Source: Raillietiella orientalis (lineage: Eukaryota). From it: a stretch of DNA of 64,000 nt. The notes beneath the pieces are model-generated. The model did not search any database, was not told where the DNA came from, and saw nothing but the letters and a program-made list of their open reading frames with translations. Each line of letters starts with the position of its first letter. The first letter of the stretch is position 1. The stretch is from assembly GCA_036172245.1 (NCBI GenBank), contig JAYWIR010000083.1:1-64000 (forward strand). The letters run 5' to 3'. Both the position numbers and the translations under genes were made by a program. Shown here one piece after another: positions 13,650-26,875 of this stretch.

Positions 13650-14423
13650 GGGTCAGCTCACGGACGCTGCGATCCGAAGTGCCCCACTGAAGGGACTATT
13701 GCGCTGAGGCAAGCTCCTGAGAATCCTGCAGGAAGTCCTCGAGTGGCTCCAAGAGCTGAAGAACAGCGGGTCCTTCCCCTGAAGTGTCAGGAGTCGGCAC
13801 TTCTGCTGTTACGCTGAGGTCTCCCGTGCAACGCCCGCCGGTCTCACTGGAACCGGGGGGCTGTGGTCCCAAACTGTTGCAGATGCGGGGAACGGGAATT
13901 CCTTTCTCATTTGCTTGTAGACTGTGTTGCTCCCCGGCCCTTGTGGTTGCGCTACGCAACGGCCCTTGGGGCATTAAAGGGCAATCCCAGGTACGTGTTG
14001 AAACCCCTCTTCGTGCGCAATGTCCTTTCGCCTGCCGCATCCCTAGCAGTTCTTTTCCGCCTACGAGGGATTGTGATGGCCTGGAGGAACGAGGGGACCG
14101 CCATATGCTTAGCCGTGCGCTTCCTGCGGACGGCAGCAGCATGACGCCAGCTGGAGCACATTTGGATGGAACTTGCCGACATCCTGGAAAGGATGCAGAG
14201 GACGCCCTCCAGCACCCGGTGATCCTCTCAATTTTTTGGTATGTATTTTTTTGTTTTATTTTTATTGTGTTTTCCTCCTCCTCCTCCGCTGCCGAGGTGA
14301 ACCTGTCGGTCTGCGCGCCAATTACTCAATAGGTTCCCAACATCCTCGGACGATGTAGGGCCGATGAACCTACACCTGTGTGTTTATTTTTATAATGAAC
14401 GCTCCAACGTTACCGGGTGTTAA
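13650..14423 (+). mobile_element. L1/Tx1-like LINE 3' end, subfamily A
   Basis: CCRCGEREFLSHLLVDC motif, shared 3' UTR, degenerate terminal motif ...TTACCGGGTGTTAAA. Near-identical to 34353-34905. Confidence 0.9.
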
Positions 14424-14599
14424 ATCTGTTTACTGTCCCTTCTCAGGTCTTCCTTCACCCTCCCCTACTCCAGCCTTGGCTTTGATTCAAAAGGGATTTC
14501 GTGGCTTTTCCTTTCGATCTGGAAGATGTCACGCTCATCCCAAATGAGACTTCTGTGCTTCCATCGTGAGGAAGATCGGACACATGCGGGAAGATGAGA

Positions 14600-15080
14600 T
14601 GACATTTCGTCTTCTCCGCAATGTTACTCTGTCGACTGTGGTTGCACCCTCAAATCTCCTCGGGATAGGAATTTGGTTTCTCGTCATGGCCTCTTGCAAT
14701 CGGAGCTTCGTTCTTGATTCTCCTGGATTCACGCAGCCCAATTTTCAACAGGATAGAATGTCTGTCCGGGGTGTCTGGATAATGTCGAGGCTGCTGCCGA
14801 GGCTGGATGTCGGCATCCCAGGTTACCGAGCTCTGACTCCGATGCTGGCTCTCTGCCTTAAGTGGGCAAGCTGCCGTTTGCCTTCGGCTACCAGACCCGC
14901 GGCTGCGTGCTCCATGTCAGGATGCCCACGTAGACCAGCATCGCTCGTTCGAACGTCTACCGGTTCGACCAGCGACGGGGCGAACAAACAAGCCAAACAC
15001 AGCAGAATAAATTTTTCCCGTGAGCACCTGGCACCGCAGGTCAAGGAGAACGCTGTTCCTGTTGTGCTCGAGCTCACAGA
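14600..15080 (-). pseudogene. Possible degenerate L1-like RT fragment
   Basis: LFAPSLVEPV...DAGLRG resembles LF.L..EPL...IRG. GCVNPGES resembles G..VN..KS. Confidence 0.35.
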
Positions 15081-15114
15081 AAAGGTTTAAAGAGCTGTGA
15101 CACTTATAAGTGTT

Positions 15115-15865
15115 GCACCATGCCGTGTGGCTAAGCGGTCTCCGCCAGTCGCACAAAGCATTGCCGGTTCGGATCCCATCCGGAGAGACAGAGACGCCAC
15201 GAAGTGGAGGGATGCATCGTGGGATTCGAATCCCTGCCGCAGGACGACGCTTGTTGGCCTGCAGGCTTTAGATGCGGCACTGGTGGACTCTGGATGCCCC
15301 TGTTGAGTAGCCGTGATTGGAAGCTGATCCTTTGGAATCAAGAGGATTTAAGAGGTCAGGTTCCCCTCCGGCTGTGAAGATGGATATCTTCCTCCCTCGA
15401 AGAAGAGGGACCCTCCATCGAGTACCATGGAGCTGACTCATGGATACCTCTCCAGAGTGTGAAGAAGTGAGCTGCTTCTTCTCGGGAGAGACCTTTCAGA
15501 GTAATTTGGAAATATCCCTTTGGAGTTCTCTTTAAAGAAGATCTGTTCCCTTCGGGTTCCCCCCGGAGAAGGGATTCCTAGATCGGATGCTTTCCGGGTT
15601 ACCTTCGGAAAAGAAATGAGGAGCGACTTTATTCCAGAGTTTCCTTTGGAGACAACCAGGGCGAGGGTTTCCTTTGGGACTCGCTCCCAAGCGTAAGAGG
15701 AGCAGAATCCTTCCTCCGTAGTCTTCTTGGATTTATGGAGTGGTCCCTTCCAGGTCACCCACTATAACTCGGAGAGTGACACGCATCTTCGGAAGGCGTG
15801 GACGGTGCCAAAGAGCTTCGTGAGTCCTTCCTGAGGAGACGAACGGTTCTGCAACACTTGGCTCA
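15115..15865 (+). mobile_element. SINE-like repeat, copy 3
   Basis: Head GCCGTGTGGCTAAGCGG...GGTTCGGATCCC, second box GATTCGAATCCC, homologous body, GAACGGTTCT..CACTTGG near the end. Confidence 0.8.
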
Positions 15866-17260
15866 CCAGGTTGTCCTTCGTTGGTGTATGCCTTGGCGTT
15901 TCGGATTTTCTGCAAAGTGCAGCGGATAGTGCAGACTGGAACTCTTAGGCACCCTCTGGTGCCAATCTCTTTTCGCCCGAGGCGCATCAGGCTGTCATCA
16001 GGCTGTTACGTTCATTCCCCTTCTGAGCTTTGTTCTGATAAGGATATCCCCGATGAAGGAAGCGATGCTTCTCATGCGGGTATGTGCACAACAGAAGTTT
16101 CATCGACCACCAAAAGGTCCTCGTGGGATTCCCCGTTTAGCCAATTCTTGTAGCTGCAAGTCGTTTTGGGTTGTCTCTCATGCGCGACACGGCAGCGCCC
16201 ATCCTAGGGAGTTCCCGCTCAGTGCTGAAGTTGCACAGAAACCCTCGGAGATAGAACGTCAGAAAGATGTTTTGAGTTTTTGTCGGAGAGTCAGAGCTCC
16301 ACGACGCGGTCCTTCAGCTACCTCTCCGTTCTTGCTTCTGCCCAGCAGAATGGTGGTCGGAGTGACTTCAAAGCACAGAGAGAGTGCTCTGGGCCCGTTG
16401 CAAGGTGGCAAGTTTGCCTTGCCGGAACACCCTCGTTGCTCTCCTTGCCCACCCACGTTTTTTGCTTGTCTGCTTCCCTACTCGGCCAGCTCCGGACGCA
16501 ACGCCTGCTGAGAAACTCTGTGGAGACTTCCGAAGTCCAGCATTCGCCTCAAGGACTCACCGGTTCCGCATCGGGATGCCGGATTGGGCATCCTGACACT
16601 GAACAGTATCGGGCTGCAAGTGCAGTTCCGGATGCTGGCATTTTGTGTAAAGCTGTGGACGACTCCGTGGTGGACTCCCGCATGCCTGCTGCTGCGGCGG
16701 CGAAGGATTACTTTCGTTGCTGTCGCATTTCCAGCACGCTACGTGAGGACTCGGCTTCCAGGAGCGAGGCAGCTCGCCTCGCTCCTGGAAGAGCATCCGT
16801 GGATCTCCTGCCCCCCGACGAACTTTAACGCGTGGCACCAGGAGGCGTTATCGTTCTGGGAAACGCATCGGGAAGTGTCGCTTATCCAACTTCGTTGCGT
16901 TCACCTTTATCCATGCTGTCTATTGGAGAATGCGTTGCAGGACCAGGAAAAGCGAACTCGCCTGGCCAACACGACCCTTGCCGCAGCTCTGTCTGTCCTA
17001 AGGGCAAGCGATGAAGCTTTCCTACTGGCGGGGTGGAGGGTCCCCTGCACGCTCGCTGGAGAAACCATGCCCTTGGGCTACTGGAAGAGGAGTGAGCTCG
17101 CAGACGGTGCCACTCCTCGTAACCGTGCAATGGGGCTCCTTCGGTGGAACGAACTATGCCCCCCGAAGAACTTGTGGTGCCTCCCTCGTGCGTGGACACC
17201 TCTATGTTCCTTCTCCGATAAAAGCAGGACGCGCTTCTGCTGGTAAAATGGGACTTCCAT
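15865..17260 (+). mobile_element. L1/Tx1-like ORF2 fragment (RT to pre-zinc-finger)
   Basis: PGCPSLVYALAF (like QGCPLS.LLYAL), LWRLPKSSIRLKD..HRDAGLG, NFNAWHQEAL, GLLRWNEL. Confidence 0.75.
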
Positions 17261-17399
17261 TGCAATCAGAGCGCGCCCCTGGTTCTGGGAACAACAGGGT
17301 GATAAACGACACAGCATCTATGGCTGGTGAGTTCCAAGCAGGTTTTTCAAGCCCTGTCGACGTCTTTTCCATCGTTCCTTGAGGACCATCACGTGTTCG

Positions 17400-18760
17400 A
17401 CCTCAAGAAACGATGGAAAAAACGTCTTGGACTTTGTGGGTTCTTCCAGTGCTTGAAGGTTGACCTTGGTTTATCGTACTTACCAGAGAACCCTGAAATC
17501 GTAGGTTTACTGCCATTGCATTTGTACCTTGCACTGGTTACATTCCCACTTAGTGGACATTCCTACTGATCTAGAAGTGTTCAAAGTCTTCGATGGCGAC
17601 GTTTGATCTTCGGAGCCACCTTTCTGTGGTTCATGAGACACTTCCGAAAAGCGGCATTAAGGAGGCCATCCCTTTGTTCCAAATTTCTCTTCTCTTCGGT
17701 AAACTCACAAACCCTGGCTGCTGATGGCACGCTGTTTCCTCGATCAGGTCGGGTCTATTTTCCACCACTGTTCTGGTGAGGTCTGGTCCAGTTGTCTTAC
17801 GATGTATGACATTTTGTGCCACAAAACGCACAGCCTTAACGTCATGTGGAGTCATTACTCTTGTCATATGGATCCATCCTTGTGAAAAGCGAATCGAAAG
17901 GTCGTCCGAAGCATAGCCTGGACGATGAGTCCAGAAGATGCTTCTACTACACCTGATGTTATACCATGAGCTTACTCGAGCGATTTATATAAGACCGAGG
18001 GATCTCCAAGTCTTGAAACATTTGGTCATTGGCTTGGCTCCAACCACTATAGGGGGATTACTCTGGTCGGTGTTGCGATCGCCTGGTAGGGCGTCAGGAA
18101 AGCGATATTGCATACTTACGAGCAAGCCCAAATGCCTCCGTGGTGTTCTCGGAGGGACACTCCATGTCTAGAATTATGGTTCAATCTTTTCTTCATGACA
18201 GGAGATCGGGTCGAAGCTTCAAATCGATGTCGGGCATTTTCTGTGCTCGAGAAACGGCTTTCTGTTCCCCGTGTGCTGGCTTTCCGATTCGGCTGACAGC
18301 GGCAGCGTCCCCTTGCATCGGTGGATGATGGGATAAGAGGGTTATCTTGGAATTTTCAGTAGCCCATGAGATGTTTGCTCCTCCTCTCAGATAAGGAACC
18401 GGGATGCTCTGGAAGGAAGGGGGAATTCTCAACGGTTCTCTCCATCCCAAATGATGCTTGCACCGGGATCTCCAGGATGAGCCGAAAACCAGTGGTTGCA
18501 GCCAGCCGACACGAAGGTGGCATGGTGGAGGTGCAGATGTGTGCCACTAATGGAATTCACATCTTCCTATAAGATGGCGCCACATGAATGAAGGAAAAGT
18601 GCCGCCATATTCGTCTGAATTGTTTCACCAAACGGTGGGCGTAGGTCCTCTGCCTGGAATCCTTCCGGAGACAGACTCGAATGTGCGCCCAGAGCTCCAT
18701 TCGAAAGAGCCCCCGATGTTTCTTGGAGCACGGAATATCACGAAGCACCCATGCCTGAGC
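17400..18760 (-). pseudogene. Degenerate DIRS-type tyrosine recombinase remnant
   Basis: In order: KQFRRIWRHF, RLAATTGFRLILEIPVQASFG, NPPIVV, RSYINRS, QGWI...TPHDVKAV (HDVRA-like), STFKH. Multiple frameshifts and stops. Confidence 0.5.
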
Positions 18761-18874
18761 ACATGGTCACGTGTTGGCTACTCCGACAGTTTCCTTGTTC
18801 CGGACTTGGGTCCACGCTTGGAGTCAAACTCAGACTGAAAAGATGGAAGCGCTCGTCTTTGAACTTGGCCTGCG

Positions 18875-19425
18875 TGGGAGGCCACTTGGTCACGGTCTCC
18901 GCGTGTGGCACCAAGCGCAGCAGGTTCAAGTCCCACCCAGAAGAATCGGCGCTGGGTGCGTCCTGGGTTCGAGTTCCTCCCGCGAGATGACTCTGGTTGG
19001 CCTCCATTCATTTGGGTGCTGCATCCCGGTAGAGGTTAAGACCGGATGTCCCAATTGAGTGACCGCGATTGGGAGCTGACCTCCGGGTCCTTTCAGGGAA
19101 CAGAATCAAGGAGTAGGTAGCTTCACTCCGATTGTGCAAAGGAGAGGACTTCCCCCTTTTCGTGGGGCCCTCCGCCTCGTACCATAGATTAGGTGTGTCG
19201 CCACCTCTGCAGAGGGCAGAGAAACGTGCCACTCCCTTCGGGACGAACCCTTGTGAGAAATTTCGGAAGCATTTCTTCGAGGTTCTCTTCAGAGAAAGGA
19301 GTAACAGGGAGCGGTCTCTTGCGGGTTCCCTCCGGAGACAACAAGGGTGGAGATTTCATTCGGGGATCCCTCCAGGCGTGAGAGGAACCGGACTTTCTTC
19401 TCCGGGTTCCCTCCTCGACTCATAG
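18875..19425 (+). mobile_element. SINE-like repeat, copy 4 (3'-truncated)
   Basis: GGTTCAAGTCCC and GGGTTCGAGTTCC boxes; homologous body. Confidence 0.8.
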
Positions 19426-19749
19426 GATGACCTGCATTCATGGGGCACGTGCAGATTCGTCAGCAACACGGACAAAGGAGGTTGTCTTGAGAAACTGTGC
19501 CCTTGAGCCTTCGAATCGAGGAGCTGTGTCCTTAGAGTGTTTGGAGTTCCCTTTAGTGGTGTATCTGAGCTATAATTTTCAGGAGCGCAAAACTCTCTGA
19601 TCATGTCGCTTTGCGAAACACCGTGACCCTTCGGGGGAAAGGATGGGATGAATGGATCGTGGGAAGAGGCTGAATCTACCGCCTTCCATCCGCGGGGGGA
19701 GCAAAACTCCCCTCTCCCTGTTTGCAGGAACAATAAAGAACGGTCCTGC

Positions 19750-20580
19750 GAATCTTTTTCAGTTCCCCCTGTCCGCTCCTCTGTACAAGACCTCCTCCTG
19801 CTGTCGGACTGACGGTTCCCGGTTTCCCATGTTTCCGCGCGTTGAATCTCCCGCGACCTCGTCAGCAAACGGAGGATGCTGCGCTTCGGTGCCGGGTTAC
19901 CCCGTCGAGGGAGGACTTTCACCAAGCCAGCTGAGCAGGGGGTTCCATTGCTTTCCCAGCTGCCACTTCAGCAGCCATCTGCGATGCGCCGAACACTACC
20001 TGAGGTGCCACTCGAGCGACCGGCAAAATGAGCTTCCCGGGTCTTCTCCAGGGAGCTGGAATCCATCTCGCCTCCTTTCCCTGAGTGCCTGAAGACTGCT
20101 GGGAGAGACCTCGCGATCCGTGTGGAGGGGCGGCTAATCGAGGAACTTCCAGAACTCGGGAAAGCTTTTGAGGGAGGAACGCCCATCGCATTCCGCGTGC
20201 TGCGGGGCCGTCACGTGCTCGAGGAGCCGACTTGTGCTTGCAGCAGGGCTCGAGCTGGGGCGGAACCTGCGCCCTCCTCCCCCCCCCCCATTCCCCCTTC
20301 TCACGGTTTCGTGTTTGCGAAACCATCACGCTGCTGCTTCCGGAGGCGAGTGGGTATGACCGCGGGGCGAGTGGAGTGCGTGCGGCTTCGACCAGCTCTC
20401 GGCATGTACGCCCAGCGGGGAACGACGCGTTCCCTTCCCCTTCCCTGCCATGCCGCCTTCTTCTCCCCAAACTTTTTGAGCTTCCCGTTTCCCTGTCGGC
20501 ACCCTCACGAAGCTGGCGACGAACGGACGCCATTCTGGCGGGGTGACGAACGAGTGCCCGGAGGCATGCAAGAGCCATGA
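19750..20580 (+). pseudogene. Possible L1/Tx1 ORF1 (gag-like) remnant
   Basis: LIEELPELGK...IPPSHGFVF...ECVRLRPALGMYAQ resembles the RRM-end and zinc-knuckle region of Tx1 ORF1; degenerate. Confidence 0.35.
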
Positions 20581-20609
20581 GGGCGGGTGGGGCTCGTTCG
20601 AAATCCCGA

Positions 20610-21015
20610 AAGATCATAAGAAATAAATACTACGTAGATTAATACGCAGTTTTTTTCTTCAATATGCATAGGTACTCATATTTATTAACATACATTTTAT
20701 GAACAGCAACATTATGGAACGGATGTGTTTATTAAGTTTCAGTGACACACATTTTATTAAATAAAATTAATAAGTTGTGGCTTACTTTGTCGAAATATAT
20801 ATTAAAGGTTATAAAAAATAAACATGTATGCTCATTATATACATCCATATTCATAAATAATATACAGATGACTATGTACATAAATATGTAAATGTAAATA
20901 TGTACAGGCACATATGTATGTCAGTACATAAAGTAACCATATATATATGTTATTTTTTATAATCTTCTCAATATATATATTAATATTTCCGTACATACAA
21001 AGGGAATATGTATAA
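20610..21015. repeat. AT-rich low-complexity tract with (TA)/(TACA)-like runs
   Basis: Abrupt composition switch; ATATATAT and ACATATGTATGT runs. Confidence 0.8.
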
Positions 21016-21199
21016 TAGTCGGCATTGCGTGTGGACCACATGGTGCCGGTTGCGGCGAGCGGTGCGCCGTATTGACCGCATATTCGCGGCGGGCGCCGCT
21101 CTTCTTGGCTGCCCGGTCAGCCCCGCCGCACGGGTCGCATCCAGTGCGCAGGTCGCGTCCCCAGTCTGAAATAGGGACCTATGCGAGTCCGTCGCAGCC

Positions 21200-21460
21200 G
21201 GCTGCTCTCTTGGCGGAGAGGCTGCTCTCTTGGCGGAGAGGCGTGCTGGCGCGCACCAAGGCGCCGCCCACAACTCCGCCCTTGCGACGAAGAGGAGCCG
21301 CGTCAGGTGAATGTGGAGGCTGCGGTCGCTGCTGCTGCAGCCCGCGGGAGATGCAAGAAGGAGACTCCAACTCTTGGAAGAGGCGCCACGACTGCTGATC
21401 TCCTTATCATCTTCCGATCGGGGGAAGAGTCGCGGAATCGTGAGATGAAGAGACCTTGAG
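21200..21460 (+). repeat. Unassigned dispersed repeat (also 23245-23350 + and 25180-25310 -)
   Basis: Shared blocks GCAAGAAGGAGACT..AACTCTTGGAAGAGGCG..AC.ACTGCTGATCTCCTTATCATCTT and CCCTTGCG.CGAAGAGGAGCCGCGTC.G.TGAATGTGG. It begins with two tandem copies of GGCTGCTCTCTTGGCGGAGA. Confidence 0.75.
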
Positions 21461-21469
21461 ACGTGAAGG

Positions 21470-22285
21470 ATGGATGGAGCTCCTTTTTGGGTTCTTTCCT
21501 GTCTTCGCCGTCTTCTTTCGAGCTTTTTCTTTCAGGGTTTCATCCTTTTCTTGAATTTTTTTGGTTCGCTGAGTGCCTCAAGAACCGTCGCGCGCCTGGA
21601 AGCTCACGCAGCTCTTTCAAACTCTTCCGTGCCACCTGAGGGAGCGTGTAATTCTTCAAGCAAGGATGTACCCCGTAGGGGACTATGAACCCAGGAAGGA
21701 CTCCGGAGAAGAAAGTCCTTTCCTCTCACGCCTGGGGAGGGATCCCCAAAGGGAACATCCCCACACTGGTTGTCTCCGAAGAAAACCACAAAGGGAATCT
21801 CCTTCCTTATTCTCTCCGGAGGGACCCCCAAGGGGGTCTGCTCCATTTTTCTTCTCCGAAGGGAACCCGCGAGGGAACCGCTCCTGTTCCCTCCTCTGAA
21901 GAGAAGCCCAAAGGGACGCTTCCGAAATTCCTCAGAAGGCCATCCCCGAAGAGAGAGTCGTGCTTCTTTTCACTATGGAGAGGCACCATCCATCCACCAG
22001 CTCCACAGTACGAGACGACGGGTCCCCTCCGGAGGGGTGGGTCCGCTCCTCAGTTCCTGGATCCGGAGGTCAACTCCCAATCGCTGTCGCTCAATTGGGG
22101 CATCCGGTTTTAACGGCCACCGGTGCCGCGTGCGAATGGAGCCAACCAGCGTCATCTTGCGGGAGGAACTCCAATCCATGACGCACCCCCGTCTCTCGGC
22201 GTCGATTCTTTCCGAGTATTCGCACCCGCGACGCTTGGTGGTGCCACAACGCGGAGACCGCAACCACGTGCCTCTGACGCTCAGC
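21470..22285 (-). mobile_element. SINE-like repeat, copy 5 (head to tail)
   Basis: On the minus strand it starts GTCAGAGGCACGTGGTTGCGGTCTCCGCG and ends ...GCTCCATCCATCC. Confidence 0.85.
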
Positions 22286-23439
22286 CCAGGGAGGCCCTCG
22301 ATTTTTCACGGAGGAGTCGGGGATAATGAACTTCCGCTACCAGCGCAACCACCGGAAGTGGATGTGGATGCAAGCTGCGAGCCCAAGTTGTCTCGACGTT
22401 CTCGGCGCAACGACACGGCCGTTGCTGCCCGCACAGTGTGATTCCCTTGCCGTCGGAGCTAATGTCTTTGAGTTCCCGCCGGAGGCCGTGGCTCTCGTTT
22501 TCTCTGGCAGGGCTCAGTTCCCGGGAATCGGGGAGATGCTTTCGTTCCGAGGGAGAGATCAAGACACAAATCTTATTCGGGGAATCTTTCTCAGCAATCC
22601 AATCATCTGCCACGTAGCCGAATGCCCTTGAGGAGGGTCAGGCTTATGCACGGCATAGGAACAGCGGAGATCAAAACGTTTAGGGTTTTCCGGCTCCTGT
22701 AAGCCAGATGAAGGCTTCCTGAGGTTTCTTCTTGGAACGAAGAACCGGATCCTCCGACCCTTCCTTTCTAGGCGGAGCTCAATCTCTCCTTTTCCTGCAG
22801 GATATTTTTCGAGAATTCACCATGGACCTTGGAGGCACGCCTTCCTCCTCTCTGATGCGGGCTGCACCCATGCATCCGATATCTTTGTCAAGCAATGCTT
22901 CGGTTTGCTTACTGCTAATCACCCTCTGATTTTGCTGCCGTCGACGAGCACTCCTTCGACAGCCACCAGCTCAGCACGAGCACGGATAACCTTCACGACG
23001 GTGTGACGCGTTGCCAGGAAACGCATGTTTGAATTGGTGCACTCACCCCAAAGTGCCGCTCGTGTCCTTCACCTGCCAAGTTCACTTTTTATCTTTAGTA
23101 CTCCCTTGAAGCCCCGAGGCTGCAGTGTTCCTCCACCGTCTTGCCAGGGAAAGAGGGAAAAGCGATCTTGGAGAAGACATTCCTGCAATCCTGGAAGAGA
23201 AGAGGCTCTCCCCATGAATGTCTTTCCAGTTCGCTTAAGGAGATGTGAAGATGACAGGCTGCAAGAAGGAGACTTGAACTCTTGGAAGAGGCGTTACAAC
23301 TGCTGATCTCCTTATCATCTTTCGAGTCGGAGGAGCGAATCTTCTCGGATCCAGGAACGGAAAAACTAGCAATCTCACGAAGAATCTCACAGAGAACGCG
23401 GATGCGCACAGATTCGTCCTTTGAGGACAGCAGCTATGC

Positions 23440-24320
23440 TATGAGCATTCGCTTGCCCGGACTGGGAAACAGAAGACAACGTAGCACAACACCAGGCTGT
23501 AGGAAGGACAGGCCGGTCTGCGTCGTATGCCCCGAATTTTTCTGGGAAAAAGGGTATCCACCACCCACCCAGAGAAGGTGCAACTCTTGGTTGCTGTAAT
23601 TTTAATGACACGAAGGGCAGTGCATCGATGCACTGCCCTTCTTTTGACTGACCTGTAGCCAGAGCAGGTCAACTGCATGGCGCGGGTTTCTGATTCGGCG
23701 GACGACGCTAAGGAAGTGCCAAGTCTCCAGAGGGGGAGAGCTGTGTTGCTTCCTGAAGGACGCTTGAGTTCCCCTAGTAGAGATAGAAGGGTCTTTCGAC
23801 GCCGGTAGCGGAAGTCGATGAGAGTAGAGTTCTTGATCCAGAAGCTTGGAATGCTACTTCCCATATTTCAAGACTAATAATTCTTCAGTGCGCCGCTAAG
23901 TGTCTTTGGTAGGATCCGAGCGGAGAGAGAAGACGGAAGTCGCTTAGCAGTGTTTGCCAGAAAGGGACGAACCAAACATGGAACTGCACCAGCCAGACCT
24001 TTAGAAAAGAGGAAGGAAGAGGAGGTTCCTGGGACAACAACAACAAAAACAGGGAATCGGGCAGTCTATCGGGAAAAATGTTCAGAAACTTGAAAAATGT
24101 GGAGAGCGATGCCTGAGGTTTGCAAGACAAAGAAGTCAGGAAGGCTTTCCATCTGAATTGATGAAGAGGAAAGAATCGCAGATAAATGCAGGTCTACGGC
24201 GAGCACGGCTGGAGGGATGCTGATGTTCGAAGGGGGAATTTCTCTTTGAGGAATGTGCAGCAAAGGACGTGTAATGCCAAAGAACTCTGATCCCTTATAC
24301 CAACGAGTCATTCTTCCACC
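23440..24320 (-). pseudogene. Degenerate DIRS pol end plus tyrosine recombinase N-terminus
   Basis: RWY...PLLHIPQ, then SSSSIQ/WKAFLTSLSCKPQASLSTFFKFL (integrase SAM-like start), RKTLLSLL and SLASSAESE (like LALAS.R.SE). Confidence 0.5.
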
Positions 24321-25904
24321 TTCTACTTAAGAATCGTCCGAGGTCTTCACTTTTATTCAGGGTGTACTCTCTGCGCGGCTGTTTCTCGCCTCTGGATCTC
24401 GTGTTCCATCAATATTGCTGGTCTTTCCTTCTTTTGTTTATACCCTACCACTGCCAGCCACTGCATCCCTTCGACCGCATCGGTGCGTTGCCTGCGTCAC
24501 ACTCGGGCTCTCCGGATCCCATGTTAGCGTTCGGACCTCTCGCACGTCCGTGGAAAGAAAGGGCTTTGCCAACGTTCCATCCGATGATCCGATACCTTCC
24601 GCGGTCACCAAGGAAACTTCCCTGGAGACTGACAGGCATATTTCAAAGTACAATAAGGAACCATAAATTTCATCCTCGCACCAGAACGTGATGCTTTTCT
24701 CGGAGGAGGCACCGTCTCTGCCGCCGCTTCCACGCCTCCTCCTTCATCTCAGCGGTTTCGCCGCCGTCATAGATGTCGTCGCGGCGAGCAGCAGTGTAAT
24801 CCTCCTCACAATCGCCTTGGCCATCTGGGTCACATGCAACCGTCAGCATTATCGGCGTCAGGAGACCACTGGCAAATCCGACGCCATCTTTGCGTGGGTC
24901 TTCGGTTCAGGCAAGCTGCCCCGCGATGCCACGGACTGGACCCCGATCTTTTGCGGCGCTGCTACTTTGATCGCACGGCAGATGGACTGCTGGTCCCCCT
25001 CGAGCACAGGTGCATCAGTCTCCCTGCGTATGCCGCCTCATCAGATGACCGCATCGAATCCCTGCTCCGCTTCTCAGTATCGTCCGGGAGATGTGGGAAA
25101 GGAAAAATCCGATCCTAAATTGGGCCTCTTTACGTCTCAAGGTCTCTTCAGCTCAAGATTCCCCGACGCTTCTCCAGATGGGGAACGCAGGGCGCGGCAG
25201 CAGCCGCCACATTCATCAGACGCGGCTCCTCTTCGCCGCAAGGGAGGAGTTGTTTGACGACGCCTTGTTGCGCTCCAGCACGTCTCTTCGCCAAGCGAGC
25301 AGAATGCAGGTTCTGATGATGACCTGCACTGTGGAAGATGACCGGACGGAACGTGCAGATGTTTTGCGGTTGGCTTCGGCGGCATCCTAGGTCGCACCGA
25401 AGTTCGTCTCGACAAGTGGAGCTGTGGGAAGAGCTGCTCCTGTTTCCCGCTGACGAGGACACTCATTGTGCCTGCTGCACATCGGTGGTGGTGAAGGTCT
25501 CCCGGTGTTCGCGACCGGAAGTCTAAGCGGGCGGAGTTTTCCAGTATGGGTAGTCTCCGAGTATCCCGCCAACCGACTGAGAGAACTTCGACAGAGCTCG
25601 TTTCTTTTAGAGGAGGAGAACGATGAAGTATGGTAGAGAAAACATGGAGATTGGAGAGTTAAAGGAGATCATCCTAATTCGAAGCCACGAGAGTGGAATT
25701 GGTCTTCCTAAAGACTAAGTGACCACTCTACTCTATTCAGATTTCCAGGCCTGATAGGGCCACCGATCATGACCCCATCTCTATCTCTTTCCAGTGCACA
25801 AGTAAGGGGAAGAAGCAAGCGAGGAAAGCAGGTGCAGAATAAAAGGAGCCCATCGCCAGGAACGCATGAACGGAATGGCTGGAGACGTGGTCTTAGCTCC
25901 CTTA

Positions 25905-26875
25905 TCCATGTTTGGACGACTTGAAGCTCTTCAAGGCGTCCAAAAACCCTCCGGATTTTCCAAGGACCCCGACTAGGGGATACGCCGGAACGTACCAAGA
26001 GCACAGCGGAAGGAGGAGTTCAAGAACCAGGAACCTGGAGTCTCCTCGTGGCTGCAGGAGCATGGACACATCTGCAAAATTGACTCCTTTTTCGTACTTT
26101 CTTCATGTTCAATGTCAGTTTTGACTGACGTTGCAATGCTGACGTTTTCTGATAACTGTTTTCAGGTACTGATGTGGAACTCTTATTGTGAAATTCTGCA
26201 TCAGGTGCACTTTGTAATCCTTCTTGGTAAAATTTACATTCTCTTACATTACGTATCCGATCACTAATGTAAAAGTGCTCTTTGCCAGGATGTAGAGTTT
26301 CTTGGCTATCACCAAAATTTTCTATTTTCAATTGAGAATCATCGGTGAAGGAATTTTTTCTTGATCCCAGTTTTTTTTCATCATAGGACGATGGTTTTCC
26401 TGCAGTACTTACAGATAAGATAACATTCTCTGACACCCTGGAAGCAGTTTCTATTTCCATATTTTTTTGCATGACTATTCACTGTTACACTGCTGCTTCT
26501 GTGCCGTTTTGGGGGATGATCTTTGATTAACTGCTTCAGATTGCAAGCTTTTTAGGTTGGAATTAATACCATTTATATTCCCCAAGCCAAAAACTCTTAG
26601 AATAAGGAAAATTCCAAACGTTCCCAAGGAAGTGAATACTAAAACCTGGAAGCAACAGTGCATTCAAGGTGTTTCCTTGGAGGAAAAAGATGCTGTAAAA
26701 TCTGTTCGAAATATTGATTCAAAGCATCGCTCCTTATCCCACGTTCGACTCTTCGAGGCGTCCTAAAGCCCTCCGGGTTCCCAAGGACCCCGACGGAAGA
26801 GTAGCTCGGATCGCACCAAAAGCAGGACTTCACAGCGGAAGGAAGAGTACAGAAACGAGGAATCTGGAGGGGTTC
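25905..26875 (+). repeat. Diverged ~140 bp direct repeat pair (25905-26045, 26735-26875) flanking an AT-rich segment
   Basis: CTCTTC.AGGCGTCC.AAA.CCCTCCGG..TT.CCAAGGACCCCGAC and CACAGCGGAAGGA.GAGT occur in both copies. Confidence 0.7.

Noticed and set aside
13630..14435. TSD CTATTTGCTG / CTGTTTACTG
   Set aside because: It is short with mismatches, and the upstream sequence is itself LINE-derived.
21740..21955. CRISPR-like array of GAAGGGAAC repeats
   Set aside because: The units are degenerate, the spacers are homologous between dispersed copies, there are no cas genes, and the context is eukaryotic.
22300..22620. APE endonuclease fragment (also 12500-12870, minus strand)
   Set aside because: Only vague similarity (SDGKG, EVHYP, CNLRPP); catalytic motifs were not found in order.
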